Assembly (NCBI RefSeq): GCF_032062105.1 | Contig: NW_026924588.1 | Coordinates: 1 to 64,000, forward strand | Direction of reading: 5' to 3' | Source of the DNA: Saccostrea cucullata | Lineage: Eukaryota | Length of the DNA: 64,000 nt | Shown: positions 13,551 to 27,459 of the stretch, one piece after another | How the letters are laid out: the number at the start of each line of letters is the position of its first letter | Numbering within the stretch: position 1 is the first letter of the stretch | Notes under the pieces: model-generated | What the model was told of the DNA's origin: nothing | Databases searched by the model: none | The model's input: the letters and a program-made list of their open reading frames with translations, nothing else | Made by a program: the position numbers and the translations under genes

Positions 13551-14100
13551 AATAATACATACCCTTTTCCATATCACATCCTCTATCAGCCTGAGACACC
13601 AATACCAGCCAGAGGGCCGAAGGCCCGAGAGCTGCTATTGGTCGAAGGCTGATACGGGATGTGATGTGGAAAAGGATATGTTTTATTATATTTATTACAT
13701 ACATAGTAATACAATACAGAACACATTAAGTTGAGAAGAAAATGAGTAAATAATCATGCACGGACTTCTTAAAATGTACACAGTCAAAAATTGTCTCATA
13801 CAGTTTCGGTTTGTTTCTGCATGTACTTCTATTTCAAATGTCCCCAATCAGTAATTTAAAAATAATCTATTATTTATCATTTAGATTATCATTACATTCA
13901 CAAAGTTAAAATAAAGAGAATTGTGTAACCCCAAAATATATGTGTATGATCACAAGTACTAGTACTGTTTTTTGAGGTTGAATTTACTAGGGGTGTGATA
14001 ATGATCCGTATCAGCCCTGCAGGACTGATACGACTATTGTGACGTCAGCCGTATCGCATATGCAAATATCCTGTAATTATTATTAAGTATGTAATAAAAA
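13551..14100. mobile_element. Hairpin-bearing non-autonomous element, unclassified (possibly Crypton-type)
   Basis: ~135-bp imperfect palindrome 13551-13687 centred on GGGCCGAAGGCCC, followed by TTTATTACATA ... TATGTAATAAA inverted pair (13693 / 14088). Confidence 0.55.
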
Positions 14101-16383
14101 TGTATATTTGCCCCAGCTCATTAAGTATCAACGACACATCTTAGACCCAAACTACACGGTTATATATACCGAAAGGAAAAAAAAAACGCCGGGTAGCATA
14201 ATATACGAAAAAAATTGACCGCATGACCGAAAATTACGAAAATCGGTCAGATGAGAAATTTAGTTACTATGCACCAAAATCAGTGTTCAGAATTACTCAA
14301 CCGTAAAAAGGAATGACGTCACGTAAGGAAAATGCTAAAAGGTCCAAAACACGTGCAATTTGATGATGGCGAGTTTCTCACCAAATCTTGTTGCACCATT
14401 TGATGCATCTGATGTATACACATCATTTTCAATATTTAGAGACAATATAAATTTCTTAATACAGTTAACGGAAGTTACATCTGGTCTGGTTTTTGACTAG
14501 CCTATTTAATAAAATTGGCAAGAACGGGTACCTAAGCAGTTTCTTGTAAAGAAGAAGGTATGGTTTCAATACAAATCTTGCCCCGTGATTTTCTTAAAAA
14601 TTAAACTGATGTAAAAAAAATGAAAACACTTGTATTTTTAATCATTGAAATTCCATGCATAATTTTTCTACAAATTATGTTTCTTATATGCATTTCTAAA
14701 TGCTAATTGTGACGTCATAAACATGTGCATTTTCCCGTATTTTCTTAAAATGTTGCAGAAGACACCAATTTTCAATTGAATTTTGTTTCAGAAAATATTG
14801 TCCACAGGCATCGCCCACAAAGATTTTGAGATATGTGATTTTTCATTGTATTTTGCACAACATATCCAAAAATTAAAGTGAACCCTAGCTGTGGATACTT
14901 TTTCTCACGGAAAATTCCCTTTGAAATGGTCCATTTTGATGCTTTTTCTGTTTTGAATAGAGAAATGCATCAAAACAATGATGTCATAATTCCAGAACGG
15001 TACTCCTTCATGCCATAATCTTTCCAGATTTTTCACAGCCATAAACTCGAATAATATTTATGAAAGCTTCAGAACTTTTTGAAAACATTACACTTTTAGG
15101 AAACAATTCCACTATTTGGGTTTTGAGCCGCTCAACTTACTAGATTGTGTTTCTCTCACTGACCCATCCAAATACAGCTACAGTTTGAAAGATAAACATT
15201 CTGATGAATTCCGTGCAAAGAAGAATCCAGGTTGTGAGAGATGCGCGGGGAAGACATTGAAATTTATAAGAGTATTTAATTTTCTCATTTGGGGGGGGGG
15301 GGGGGGGGGGGGGGGGCTTTCGTCATATGAACTTCAATAACTATGAGACAAAATCAAATAGGATTTTGGTTTTATCTTTTTGAAAGATAATTTTAAAAGT
15401 TAGATAGGAATACTTGAAAAATAAATTTAATTCACCTCAAAGTTTACCATGCGATTCTTTTTCCTTTCAGTATTTTTTTTATAATTTCACAGAAATATGT
15501 ATCTTAAAATTAGCGTCAAACACAGAGACAGATGCGCACGAGATTTGCATTCGTATTAGGCCTCCTTAGCTGCTGACCTATCGACCTGCCTCATTTACAT
15601 TCCGGCAGAATTATCAAGAAATAAATCCACCCAACTTTCAAACAGTTATCACAGAGAAAAATAATTAGAATTAGAAATGGAATCATAATGTAATAACATA
15701 ATAATAACATAATTTAACATAATTTTGACGTTTAAAACCTTTCATTGAAAGATGACGGTAAATTTATTTTGCCATTTTGAAGTGTAAAACAACATCACAA
15801 GGCGGTTATACGTTTCCGTTTCATCTACGATGTCAGATATGGGCGTTATTAAGTAAATGTACCCATTTTTGAATTATATTTTCTTATAAGATCGGTATAA
15901 CTTGCATGTTAACATGAATAAGTCGCATGTCTTCGTAATTATTTTGCATTTTTACATAATTTATCTTGCATGTAGGGAGCAGAAATATGCCACCATAATA
16001 AAAAAAAACTTCCACGTACACACGTTACCTTTCTCCATTTCTATTTCTTAATAGAATATCATAGTGATTTGGTCCATGATATATTTGCAAATACTTACTT
16101 TTCAAAATATGTATCCTTAAAGCTATATGTTCCAACTATCCGCATTGTCGCCACGTATGAAATCGGGGACTCGAACGTGGAAAAATAATAGTGATCGTAT
16201 CTAACAACAACAAATCTTGTGTTCACTCTTCGCTCTCGTGTTGATCGTGAAATCTCTTTTGATTGTCAAAATTATAATCGTTCTCATCGCATCAGACCGT
16301 ATTATATTGCATCGTAACTAACGTCAGCTGCATCGTACGTAAACGGATCTAATCTGGCTTTCATATCGTGATGACACCGAAGC

Positions 16384-16745
16384 TGTGCTGAACCAAGTTA
16401 TAATTATTTGTCATTAAAACTTATTTTATAGTCTCTTTTATTTCTTAATTCTTTTTTTTTTTTTTAGAAATTAGGACCATACAAATTAGCGCGTGCTCGC
16501 AAGGAAGAAGGTTACCACGCAATTCATTTTCTTCTCATTCTCATCTTCATACAATTTCTGCTTTCTCTCTTTTTCAAGACGCCTCAGTAAAACATTATTC
16601 CTGTTCAAAAATCCTAGCCACCCACGAAACACAACCACAGAAATCGTCAATTTTCAATATCTCGGTGAACTCAATTTTCTTTTGGCGTATGATCTCTACA
16701 GACAAAGTATTCCACCACTTGATCTGTTCAAAAGACCAACTCTTC
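16384..16745 (-). pseudogene. Degenerate copy of the last exon and 3' UTR of the multi-HTH gene
   Basis: Same-orientation similarity to 30822-31257 (TGTGCTGAAC..AATTATTTG.CATTAAAACTTA, AAATTAGGACCATACAAATTAG, CTCTCTTTTTCAAGAC, GATCTGTTCAAAAGACCAACTCTT). Confidence 0.8.
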
Positions 16746-18164
16746 TACCCTGCGTGTATACAACGCAAGTACATGAAAGAGTTTGGCGCAAGACAAGGCA
16801 ATTGTGTAAACAAAAAAAAAATGCAAACTAAGATTATCAGGTAGCACAGGTAGCTGGCCTATCAAAAGCTATAATTGTTTTTTAATAATTGACAGGCGGT
16901 AAAGATTGATCTTGAATCAGGTAGATTTTGGTGGCTTTCACATAATATTGGGTGTTTGAATCGTGTTTAAGATGCACACCTAGCTAGAACTAATGCTGTT
17001 CATGAGTTTTTTGGGACAACTCTTAAAGTTGTGTTTTGTGTTTTATTTGAACCAGAGCATTACATCTAATAGGGTTACAAAATATGTACATAAATATTTA
17101 AACATAAGATTTGCACATGATAAATGTAATACATGCTCTGCAAACCAAGCTGCGTGTTGAAGTTAAGGTTCTTTGATTTTTATGAATATTAAAAGAAATC
17201 ACTCACAGGTATACCCTTTAAAGCTTTTGCTAACTCCGAGCACTGTTTTTTTTTCAGAGTCGAGTTTGATATATAACGTGTATATTATATGAGTAAGGTT
17301 GAGTAAAATTATCTTTGTTGAACAATCCTGTGCTCTGCTTCAACTTAAAAAAATTATTTTGAACCTCTTCACAGTTTTCATTTACATGCGATTGACCAGT
17401 TAAGAATCATAACAAGCCACGTAGATTTGTGTCGTTACCGGGTAAATGCCTGCAGTATAAACGTGCTTGCAAGCTCTCAGTTGAAACGTACTCATTTTTA
17501 TATATCGTTAAGTGTGGACTTGTCTGGTTAATCTAGTTATAGTGTTTTAATGCTTATGTTTTATAAATAAAAAATTGTATTTGTAGTTGATTTTGAATCG
17601 TGAACATATAATTCGTCTTCGTCATTAAAAGAAAAATATCATATATCAAGAGTATTCTTTTAATAGCATCTAATCGAAATATCTCCTCCCATTTCCTTGT
17701 AAAAGAGAAACCGTAGTCTTTTGGGGGAAAATGTTCCTGCATTTTTTTTACTGTGATGGGTGTTAAAAATTGGCTTGAATTTTTTATGTTACATTATTCC
17801 ATTATGAATACAACATGCTTGAATAATAAATATTTTGTTATACACAATGAAATAAAAAAAAATACTCTTTGCTTATATCCTACCAGTATACTAAGAGTGT
17901 AAAAAGGGACCACGCTACTATATTGTTGATGCCCTGGCATACCCAACAAACCACTAATACACATTGGTTCCTGAGATGTACTAAACATCACCTGCATGTG
18001 GTATTTTCATATGATGGTTGTCCGGTATAGTCGTGGACAAATTCTCTAGAATGAAAAATAATCATTTTTACACAAACAATTTCAAAGAGAGTTATTAATT
18101 TTGCAAAGTTTTACAATAATCTGAAGTTTTTGGTCTAAGTCGTAGTTCTTCTGTTAAAAGCTTC

Positions 18165-18423
18165 GTGGGGATCCGGGTTAGAATAGGTCCTCAGTTCCCC
18201 TTGCTTTTCGTAAAAGGCGACTAAATGGGGCGGTCCTTCGGATGAGACCGAATAAACCGAGGCCCCATATGACAGCAGGTGTGGCACGATAAGGATCCCT
18301 CCCTGATCAAAGGCTGTAAGTGCCGAGCATAGGCCTAAATTTGCAGCCCTTCACCGGCAATGGAGACGTTTCCATATCAGTGAAATATTCTGGAGCGGAA
18401 CGTTAAACAGTATACAATCAATC
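18165..18423 (+). mobile_element. SINE with Deu/Nin-like core, same tail as 175-449 but a different 5' region
   Basis: GTCCTTCGGATGAGACCGAATAAACCGAGGCCCC..GGCACGATAAGGATCCC..GCCGAGCATAGG..CGTTAAACAGTATACAATCAATC. Confidence 0.8.
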
Positions 18424-19654
18424 TTTTGTAAAACGGGCCCCTGATCTCTAGAATGACATACAACATAGAAATCATATGACATTAAGCTTGATTTTCTCTC
18501 AGGATTGAATTTTTAATGAATTGGTTACAGTTTATGCGCAAAACCACTTTTCATCACATAGTTTCATTGTGAGAAGCTGAAAACATTGGCAATTCGAGAC
18601 AGAGCATTAAGAATAAACGGTAAAGAATCAGAAAACTAGAGTAAAATTAAACGCTTCATTAAAATAGTCGTACTGTAAAATTTTTAAAAATAAAAAAATA
18701 CTCACTTAAATAAGTAAAATGTACAGCTACCAGTGTCTGTTTTACAGAGACAAAAGCAGGTGGATTTCAATGAACGAAAAAAATATTACGGCTATATAAA
18801 TGGGTACGGTCTTTGGCGACAAGGACTTACAACAACCAATGTACTGTGTACCAAAATTCGACAAATTATCATTCATGATGTTTTATTGACTTAATGACTT
18901 TGCGACAAATACATGTAACACATTTGATAGACATCATTTAAAGATTTGAATTGAATTGGTACATTGTTGTTACAATTCTGATTCGGGGAGGCAGTAATTT
19001 TTAATCGAAGTTCATTAATGTTTGGTTAGTTTAAATTTGAATAGAGTAAATTGTCCTAACGGCAAGTTGTTTTAGAAGTAAACCGTCCAAAACATTCTTG
19101 TGCACCCGTAACCTAATCTTTGCCCATGGCATCCTTTTTGGCGCCACTGTTTTCTGAGTGGATCTCAGGGTCCACGGAATCAATATCTGTTTTGAAAACT
19201 CAGTTGCGCTTATTTATGGTTGTGTAATTTAAATTAATAGTATGATTTAAGACGAATATTCCATTTACAATACCTCAATAATATAAGTATACGGATATTT
19301 GTACAACAAATTGATTACCCAGTGATGTTAAAATGAAATTGGAAAATCATGCAAATTAAGAATGCAGATTTGAAAGACAACGAGAAAAAAGAAGGCATAT
19401 AATGTTTGCAAACTTGAAACAGTTCTGTAAATTGACACTCAAAAAGTCTTGTATGAAATACAATGAGAATATACTGTTCATAATAATGATAATAATAATG
19501 ATAATAATAATGAATTTAAAAAAAATGTTAAATTGATATCTAATGAATACCAAAATAGAGCCTCATATATATAGTCCGTAAATGGATTGTAATGAACTTC
19601 TTTTTTCGGAGAATTAAGACAACATACCAAAACAAAATGTTTTCTAAAGTATCT

Positions 19655-19947
19655 TTTTTTTTTTTGCTTGTTTAACAATTCTCAACGAAATTTTCATCCA
19701 TATTGTGTCGTCATAATTTGCCGGTTGAGGGTTGCAACTTTAGACCTTTACTTGGTACTTACGGCCATTGAACAGTAAGGAATCTTGTTGGTGCTACCAC
19801 ATACTTCGACACGGGGCCTCGATTTAACCGTTTTAATCAAAAAGACTGTTTTCCACGACAAACAGTGGATTCGAAGCCGCAAGGTGAGGATAAAATGCTT
19901 ACTCCGTGACTCTGCATAAAACGCTCTAACCACTGAACCACGTGGGC
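19655..19947 (-). mobile_element. Diverged full-length tRNA-derived SINE of the same family
   Basis: On the minus strand: A-box TGGTTCAGTGGTTAGAGC, degenerate B-box GCTTCGAATCC, core GAGGCCCCGTGTCG, A-rich tail. Confidence 0.7.
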
Positions 19948-20195
19948 TCATTATAAATATGAGAAATCTTTCAGAGTTCAATTAAAATACTTGCAAATCT
20001 ATTTCCCTTTTCTGATTTCAAGACAATGTATTAAAGCAAGGAATTGATAAAATGCATCAATGACATTTATATTGTGATGATGCATTTCAATATCATACTT
20101 TCTTGCTTATCGTTTTTGTACATTTTTCAAAGTAATGTTATGCTGCGAAACAATCCACGTCATGGATTAAATAGACATATCACTTAAACACCTCA

Positions 20196-23100
20196 TTAAC
20201 GTCTGTAGGTATCATAGCGTTTTAGGATTTCTTCTGTGTCCTGAAAACCATACGCTTTAGAATAATCTAGAACATCCCGACCAGATTTATCCTTAACTTC
20301 AATATCTGCACCCAATTCTATTAGTGTTGATATGTTCAAAGGACAAGGACACTGTACTGCATAATGAAGGGGTGTACAACCTGCCAAGTTTTGGCGATTT
20401 ACATGCTCATCTATTGACAACAAAAAATCTCTCTTGAAATGATTAAAACAATCAAACGTAAAATACATATTTGGAATTAAGGAGCTATAATGCAAGAAAG
20501 TATTTCCAATAGCATCTGTGATTGACAACAAGTTCAAATAATCATTCATTGGATATCGGAATCTTTCACCAATGTATCGCATTATCAAATTGCAATCTTT
20601 TCTTAAAATCAAAAGTGGCCAAATCTCAAACTTGGAGAGCATGAAGAGGTTTAGATCGAAAGGTAAACATTTCTCTATTTCCTCTCCTTGTTTTATCCAG
20701 TTCTGACTACTCGTTTCTCCACGTTCTGGACAGAGACAAGGTATTATACTTTTGTGAAGGTTCCATAGTTCATCGGGAAGTCTTGCAAGAATAATATTGT
20801 ACATGTCAATATACTTGCCGCACTTTAAAGCTTCTGTAATAATTTTATCATATCCAGAAGAACAATATTTAATTGTAAAATCCGTCAAATAGTAGTCCTT
20901 TACATTTCTCATAAACTTACGGACAATGTCATGATTTCCACTATCGAACACCATTTCGAATTCATCAAAATGTAGCCGAGAAATTTTAAACAAAGTCTCT
21001 AAAAAACAAATATAACCCCTCTGTAATTTCTTTCGTAGATTTAATGTGATAGCGTCTCCAGACGTGCACCTTTCAAGAAACAAATCAATAATGCTGGCCA
21101 CTTCACTGTATATCGCGTATAAGAAAGCAGTTTGTCCTCTGTTGTCAACTTCTTTAAATAGTTCGGTCTTATTAAGTAAAGTCCCGACCCAATATGAATT
21201 GTTGTCTAGCGTTGCGATGTGTAAGATGGATTGGCCCTTTTTATTTCTGTACTTATTAATCGTACCTCGATATTTGTTCAAAAACTTAAAAATGTCATTT
21301 GTATTTATAAAACATTGTAACAAATACCTTAAATTGTTTTCATACAGATGAGCTCCATTTTCAAACAATACATCACTAATGTCATAGTGATGACATTTTA
21401 TTGCCATGGTAACAGCATTTACACCTTCACTTATTTCTATCTCATAATCAGCCCCAAACCTCAATAATATCTCCACGATTTCATTATAATTTTGGCAACA
21501 ACAGAGTAACAATGGTGTAAAACCATCATTATCCCTTGCATTAACATTTGCCTCATTATATAGCAGAAAATAAATAACATCTTGACGTGTATTCTTTATT
21601 GCGATATGCAATGGAGTAGACCCAGTCTTGTCTGGAATATTAATCTTTGCACCATATTTTACTAGTGTTGACACTACCTCCAAATTTCCTATAACGCAAG
21701 CTAAATGAAGGGGACTGGAACCATGCACATCTGTAGCGTTGACGCGACCTCCATGCTCTATTAGCAATTGCACTGGAAAGAAATGGCATTTAAAGCAAGC
21801 TATATGTAAAGGAGTGAAGTCATCTTTGTCGGATGCATTTACATTTACTTTATTACGAAGGAATTCTTTGACGATTTCGGGAAAATTTCCGGAACAGGCT
21901 GTATGTAAGGGTGTTTGCCCATTGATGTCTGCCGTGTTAAGATCGATCTTATTTTCAATAAGAATATCTGTTATTCTTTTAAGCTTATTTAAAGCTTCTT
22001 GATTAGTTGAATCCTGAAATATATTATTTCTTCCTTCGTGTTCAAGTTCCATTTCCTCTTCTTTCGAAAAGTACCAATCAAAATCTGTTAAGGCATAATG
22101 AAGAGCTGTTCTCCCTTTATCATCAATTGCCATTATTTCTGCTCTGTTTTGTAGAAGAATTGATAAACATTTTAGCGATAAATGCTTTGCTGAAAATGAA
22201 GAGGTGTTTTTTTATCCTTTGATTGAATATTTGCAACCACCCCTTTACGAAAAGATATGTTACAAGATCTGCATTGTTCTGTGCACAGCTAATGTGGAGA
22301 GCTGTAAGACCTTGAGTATTCTTCCAATTTATCTCCGCTCCATACTCCAAAAGTATTGAAATAATACCTTTATTTCCTTTCACGCAAGCTTTCAGCATCC
22401 CATCCTGTAATTGTTGCCTGTTTATTCCCTTCTCAATTAACAATCTAACGATAGCACAATTTCCATAAAAGCAGGCCAGAGAAAAAGGAGTATCACCTCT
22501 TCTAGAAACTATATTGATATCACAATTTCTTTCAGTAAGGAATTCGACAGTCTTTATGTTCCAATCAGATATAGATTTATGTATTGGTGTCAATCCTTGG
22601 GAGTCTTGCAAATTAATGTCTGCACCATTACACAAAAGTTGGTCAGCAATTTCTATGAAATCATTCCTGCAGGCGAGGGAAAGTGGCGTTTCCTCATCTG
22701 TATCTCTTGAATTAACTTTAGCCCCATTGGAAAGCAATATTTTTATAACTTCTAAATGTCCTCTTTGACAAGCTTCATGAAGAGGTGAAATTCCATTTTC
22801 ATTTTGATAGTTAACAGATGCCCCCTGTTGAAGTAAATAACGAACAATACTGCAATGCCCATGCAAACTGGTCACCATTAATGGGGAAACCGTTTCTTCA
22901 AAGAGTTGATATTCAGAAATGAGGTCCTTTTGTGAGCAAACTTTTTTTTGGATAAGATATTCCAATATTTCCAGCTTACCAGTAACACAAACAAGTAGAG
23001 GGATTCGAACTTGTGTAACTGGACAGTACAATTTATGACTCAAATCTGTTAGGTGTATGCCGCAAAACAAACAGTGAGTATCATACGTTATTCCAAAATT

Positions 23101-26100
23101 CATGAATTCCTCCAAGCTATCAAAAGTCTCACTATAATATTGGAGACACATTTGCACAATCTCAATATTTTCACTTAGAATCGCTAAATGTAGCGTGCTT
23201 GCTCGTTGGGAAAATAGAGTTTCAAACAAAACATCATTTCGTGTTTCAAAAAGTTTTTCTAAAAATGCTGCCCAGTTGTAAGCTATTGTCAAATGAAGAA
23301 ACTTTACTTGGCTATTTTCCAATAAATCTTCCCTTGAAAATGAGGCATATGCTTCAGTAATAATTGATGGTATATTAAGATTTGTTTTTAAAAGCGTTTC
23401 TTCTAAAATATGTCCATCTACTAATGAGTCAAATAGACAAGTTTCTATTAGAGCATTTGGCATGCATGGGTTCTTAAATATATTTCTGAAATTCCCTTGA
23501 CTGATATCATTCTGTATTCTTTTAGAGTAGAATTTCATCCACTTCTTGTCTAATTCTAATAGAGTTTTGTCTTCCTTGAAATCAAAATCTTTCTGTAGTC
23601 TCCCTTGTGGTCTAAGTCTGTTTTGAAATATTTCAGTACATGAGTGAAGAATCAGTGTTTCAGGACATCGGTTTCCGAAATGCCACACAACGACTTCCAA
23701 AAATTTTGAATGTATGAGCGCAAATGTACAACCCACCTTTTTAACATATTTACCATTCATCCTTTCCAGTGCTGAGAGTAAATTTGAGGAATCAATCTGC
23801 CTATCACAAGCATTTAAAATTTCTTGAAGATGTTCATCAGCAACATTTCTCTTAATACCCATTACATATGAATTCACCCTTTTCTCTGCAAGGGCACAAC
23901 AAACTAAAGCGCAGTATTCATGAATGGCTTCTGACCTAGGATCATCAACCATTACGTTAAGCTTAGAGACTAACTCAATGAAAGGATTCTCGAAAAAGGC
24001 TTCCATGCATGCTGAATCAGTAAATGCATTAGCATATATTTTACAAAGGTATGGAAAGCAATCGAAATTCTTTTCTATTACCAATTGAGGTAAATGAACT
24101 TCGTGTTGAACGTGCACAGACAATATTTGCTCTTTCTCGAATACAGTTAACTTATTTTCGTGATTTTCTAAATTGATAATGAAATTGGAGAAAATTTTTA
24201 TTAAACGAAACGGTCGAGTACGACTTACGACAAAACGACATGAAACTAAAAGTTTTGATTTAACTTGATCTTCCTTTTGTTGAAAATTCAAACATGTTTC
24301 GATGTCTTTTGAATACTTAACCCATGCACTAGCTGCTTGTTCGTCAACAATAAATTCTCCACAAGGATCATCAATCACAAAGACTTGTGGATTTTTTCGG
24401 TCGTGATAGCTTTTAATTTCATCGGGATGGTCAATAGGAATGATAGAAAATCCCTGTTTTCCCATTTTTAAGGCGATGTGATGAATGATGGCTGATTTTC
24501 CCGACCCTGGATGACCAACAACTACAACGCATGGATTGTCATTTACAAAGTTTTCAACAGCTGTGGACGCCCTTATTTCTACAAAAAGTTCATCTTCTTT
24601 TTCCCAGGATACTAGTTTTTCTTCAATCAATTCTACATATGATTAGAAAAGCAAAATACAACTCTCATTACCTCTTCATATTTCAATTTTGCATGATAAT
24701 AAACTATTAAAAATATTGACATTTGCCCACTATATGTATATTACTCTTTTTAGTTCTAAATATCATTAACTGAAAGTTTAACTAATTACATAATTAGTAA
24801 ATAAATTAATAACTGATTATCAAAGTAAGAATTAAAGCAAAGTTATAATTTACCATTATTACTTTTATAGAGGGAAAAATATTTCAGCATTTTTTTTTAT
24901 TCTTAAACAAAGATCACCTCTAACATTAGGAGGGATTGTTTCTAACTGCTCCATTTTCAGATGTTTAATTTCGAGAAGAAGCTCCAGAAGAAGTTCTTTC
25001 TCAGATTCATCCATTGGAGAAAATCGCAAAGCTTTGGTTTCATTCAGTAATGCAGAACCTCCAAGCCTTCCAATAGCCTGAAAAGATTTGATTTTCAGAG
25101 TGGTTAAAAACACAGGTAATTTGTTTTTGAAAATAAATTTGTTGTGAAGATCTTGGTACAGTCATGTCTATAAAACAATAAATGTCATGTCTGTTAAAAT
25201 ATAAAAGATTCGGTCAAGATTTAAATATATTAAAAAGAAAGTCAATTTTAAGGCCAAGGACAAATCAATGATACATTCACATTGTCACAGGCACTGCACA
25301 CACGGATTATCAAAGTTGTTAAAAAATGTGTCATCAATCCACCTTTTTAAATGTAAGTTAACATGTTTTTTCTCTGTTATCAATATTTTTTAAAATTCTT
25401 TTATGTTGCTTAAAATAATTTTCCTACCTCCTCAACATGTGTCCAGCTAGTATTAAAATCATTTGCGTCCATCCTTGCATTTGCTGAGTGGGCAACTTCG
25501 TTTCTGTAGAACTTGATTCTTGCTAAGTCAGCCCCAGTACTGACATCTGATGGATTGGGTAGAATATCGAATCCTCCTGCTGGTGCTAGTGTAGAGGGAT
25601 TCATGTTTCGTAAAAGGCAGATTAACAGTGTAACATCGAAATCCTTTGACATAGGATTGTTAACTGAAACAATTGAAAATGAAATTTGAAAATGTTTAGG
25701 TAAGAGAAAATGTGAGATATTTAATAAATCTTTTATCATTAAGTTTCAAAATGACTTTGAAAGTGCAAATTTGCAATCATTTCCTGTAAAAGAAAATTTG
25801 TAATTGTAATTGCCAAATAAATGCAGAGTACATATCTTTTGATACACCTTCAGACCACAGTCCCTCGATTTATCTGCTCAAGAACTAAATACATATTTTT
25901 AGAATAAATAATTAATCCTAAATGTTATTTTTGATTTAGTGAAGTTGTAAGATATTGACAGGAATATGTTAAAACACTTTTTGAATACTATCTTGAACAT
26001 ACCTTTGAAAAGTTTGTCCCACTGGACCTGATTTATTACTTTTCTAGCTTTCAAGCTGAACAGCAGAGTTTTTTGTGTTGCTAGGTCAGTGACAAGGTTA

Positions 26101-26267
26101 ATTGGAGGATGAACTGTATCAAAATGGATCCTTATGGCCTTTGGTGCTCTCCTCAAGACTAGATTGACAAATCGTAGAAAGTTAGTTTCTTCCGGTGACA
26201 CAGTGGGCGTGGATCCTGTGGCAGGGGCTCCTCTACACGGAGTCGCAGTAGGAGTAGATGACGCCAT
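20196..26267 (-). CDS. HEPN (DZIP3-like) - STAND NTPase - ankyrin-repeat protein, paralog 2 (~1699 aa if two frameshifts are repaired)
   Basis: Exons 26267-26003, 25663-25428, 25077-24918, 24632-20196, with the same intron positions and phases as paralog 1. RIKFYRNEVAH, GHPGSGKS, VFVIDD and ankyrin repeats present. Two 1-nt deletions in T4 runs (~22250-22253 and ~22193-22196) split the last exon. Confidence 0.85.
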
Positions 26268-27459
26268 GATGAAGTGATACTTAGGTTGATGTTGTTTAAT
26301 AACTGTTCTCACTTTTTTATAATTATGTAGCTGAGGAATGCCCTGATAGATATATCACAGTTACTGGTATCTAAATCTTAACTTATACGGATTATGCAAT
26401 TCATAACCTTATCAAAATTTGTTTAATATGTATTTTCAAACTGAGTGAAGTTTCTTTTGTATAACAAAAATCATTTTCCACTTTTGCATGATGTCTAAAT
26501 TTGGATATATTTACATTTTAAACCACTGTCACGTGTTCCTTTCCTTAAATAATTGTTGTATTGAAAAGACAATCTGTGTCCAAAATTTTTAAATCACAAA
26601 CCGTTGAAAAGAGTTTTTAAATACCTCATTTCCTTCTCCTTTAGGTTTTTTTTTAAATTTTGAATGCGTGATTTAAAGGCCTCCGTATATTACAATAATA
26701 GCATTTAAAAACAAGGTCAAGGTAAACAGCAGTCCTCTGGTATGATAAAAATAAATAAATAACATGCAAAAACATCAATTAAGTTGATTTTTAAGGAACT
26801 TAAAAAATTTTGAAAATTTTAACATTGCTTAATAATGTTAAAACTAAAATTAAAATCCATAACAGACCTGTCAATGACTGTCATGCTTCAAATAAATACA
26901 TCTTGCATTAAAATATCTCTCTTGTAAAAATAGCATTTATATCATTATTTTGCAATAAAATTTATGTAGAGATTTTTTATAACAATTCTTTAAAAAAAAA
27001 AGAACGAATCTATGTTTAATAGTAAATTTGACCTACCTGAGGATATAGAAATATCTTGTTGCATTTCTCAATTAATTTCGACAAGGTAGATTGATTATAC
27101 CACACAGAACAATATCTAATGGAGAGCCATTAAGCAAGTCTCTTGCTAATTGATTTCCTGATAATGCATTTTAAATTATGTATGAAATGCAGTTGAGCAT
27201 ATCAATAGCTAGCACAAAACAAACTGTTATATTTAAAAGCATAAATAATTCAAATTATTTTAATGAACACACTTTTAACAGTATGCGCAATAATTTTGCC
27301 GTCATCATGCATTGTCACTATACAAGGTCAAATTCTCGGTTTAATGACTTTCGCTTCAGACACTTCTACGACCTATCAATGAATGTCATGCTTCATGGTC
27401 TCGCCACCCAGTCCATATAATTTTCTCTTTTTTTCAAGATTTTTGTATTCTAATTTAAA

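Noticed and set aside
15291-15316. Poly-G tract as a regulatory G-quadruplex
   Set aside because: Simple homopolymer; similar tracts recur (e.g. ~41903-41917) with no supporting context.
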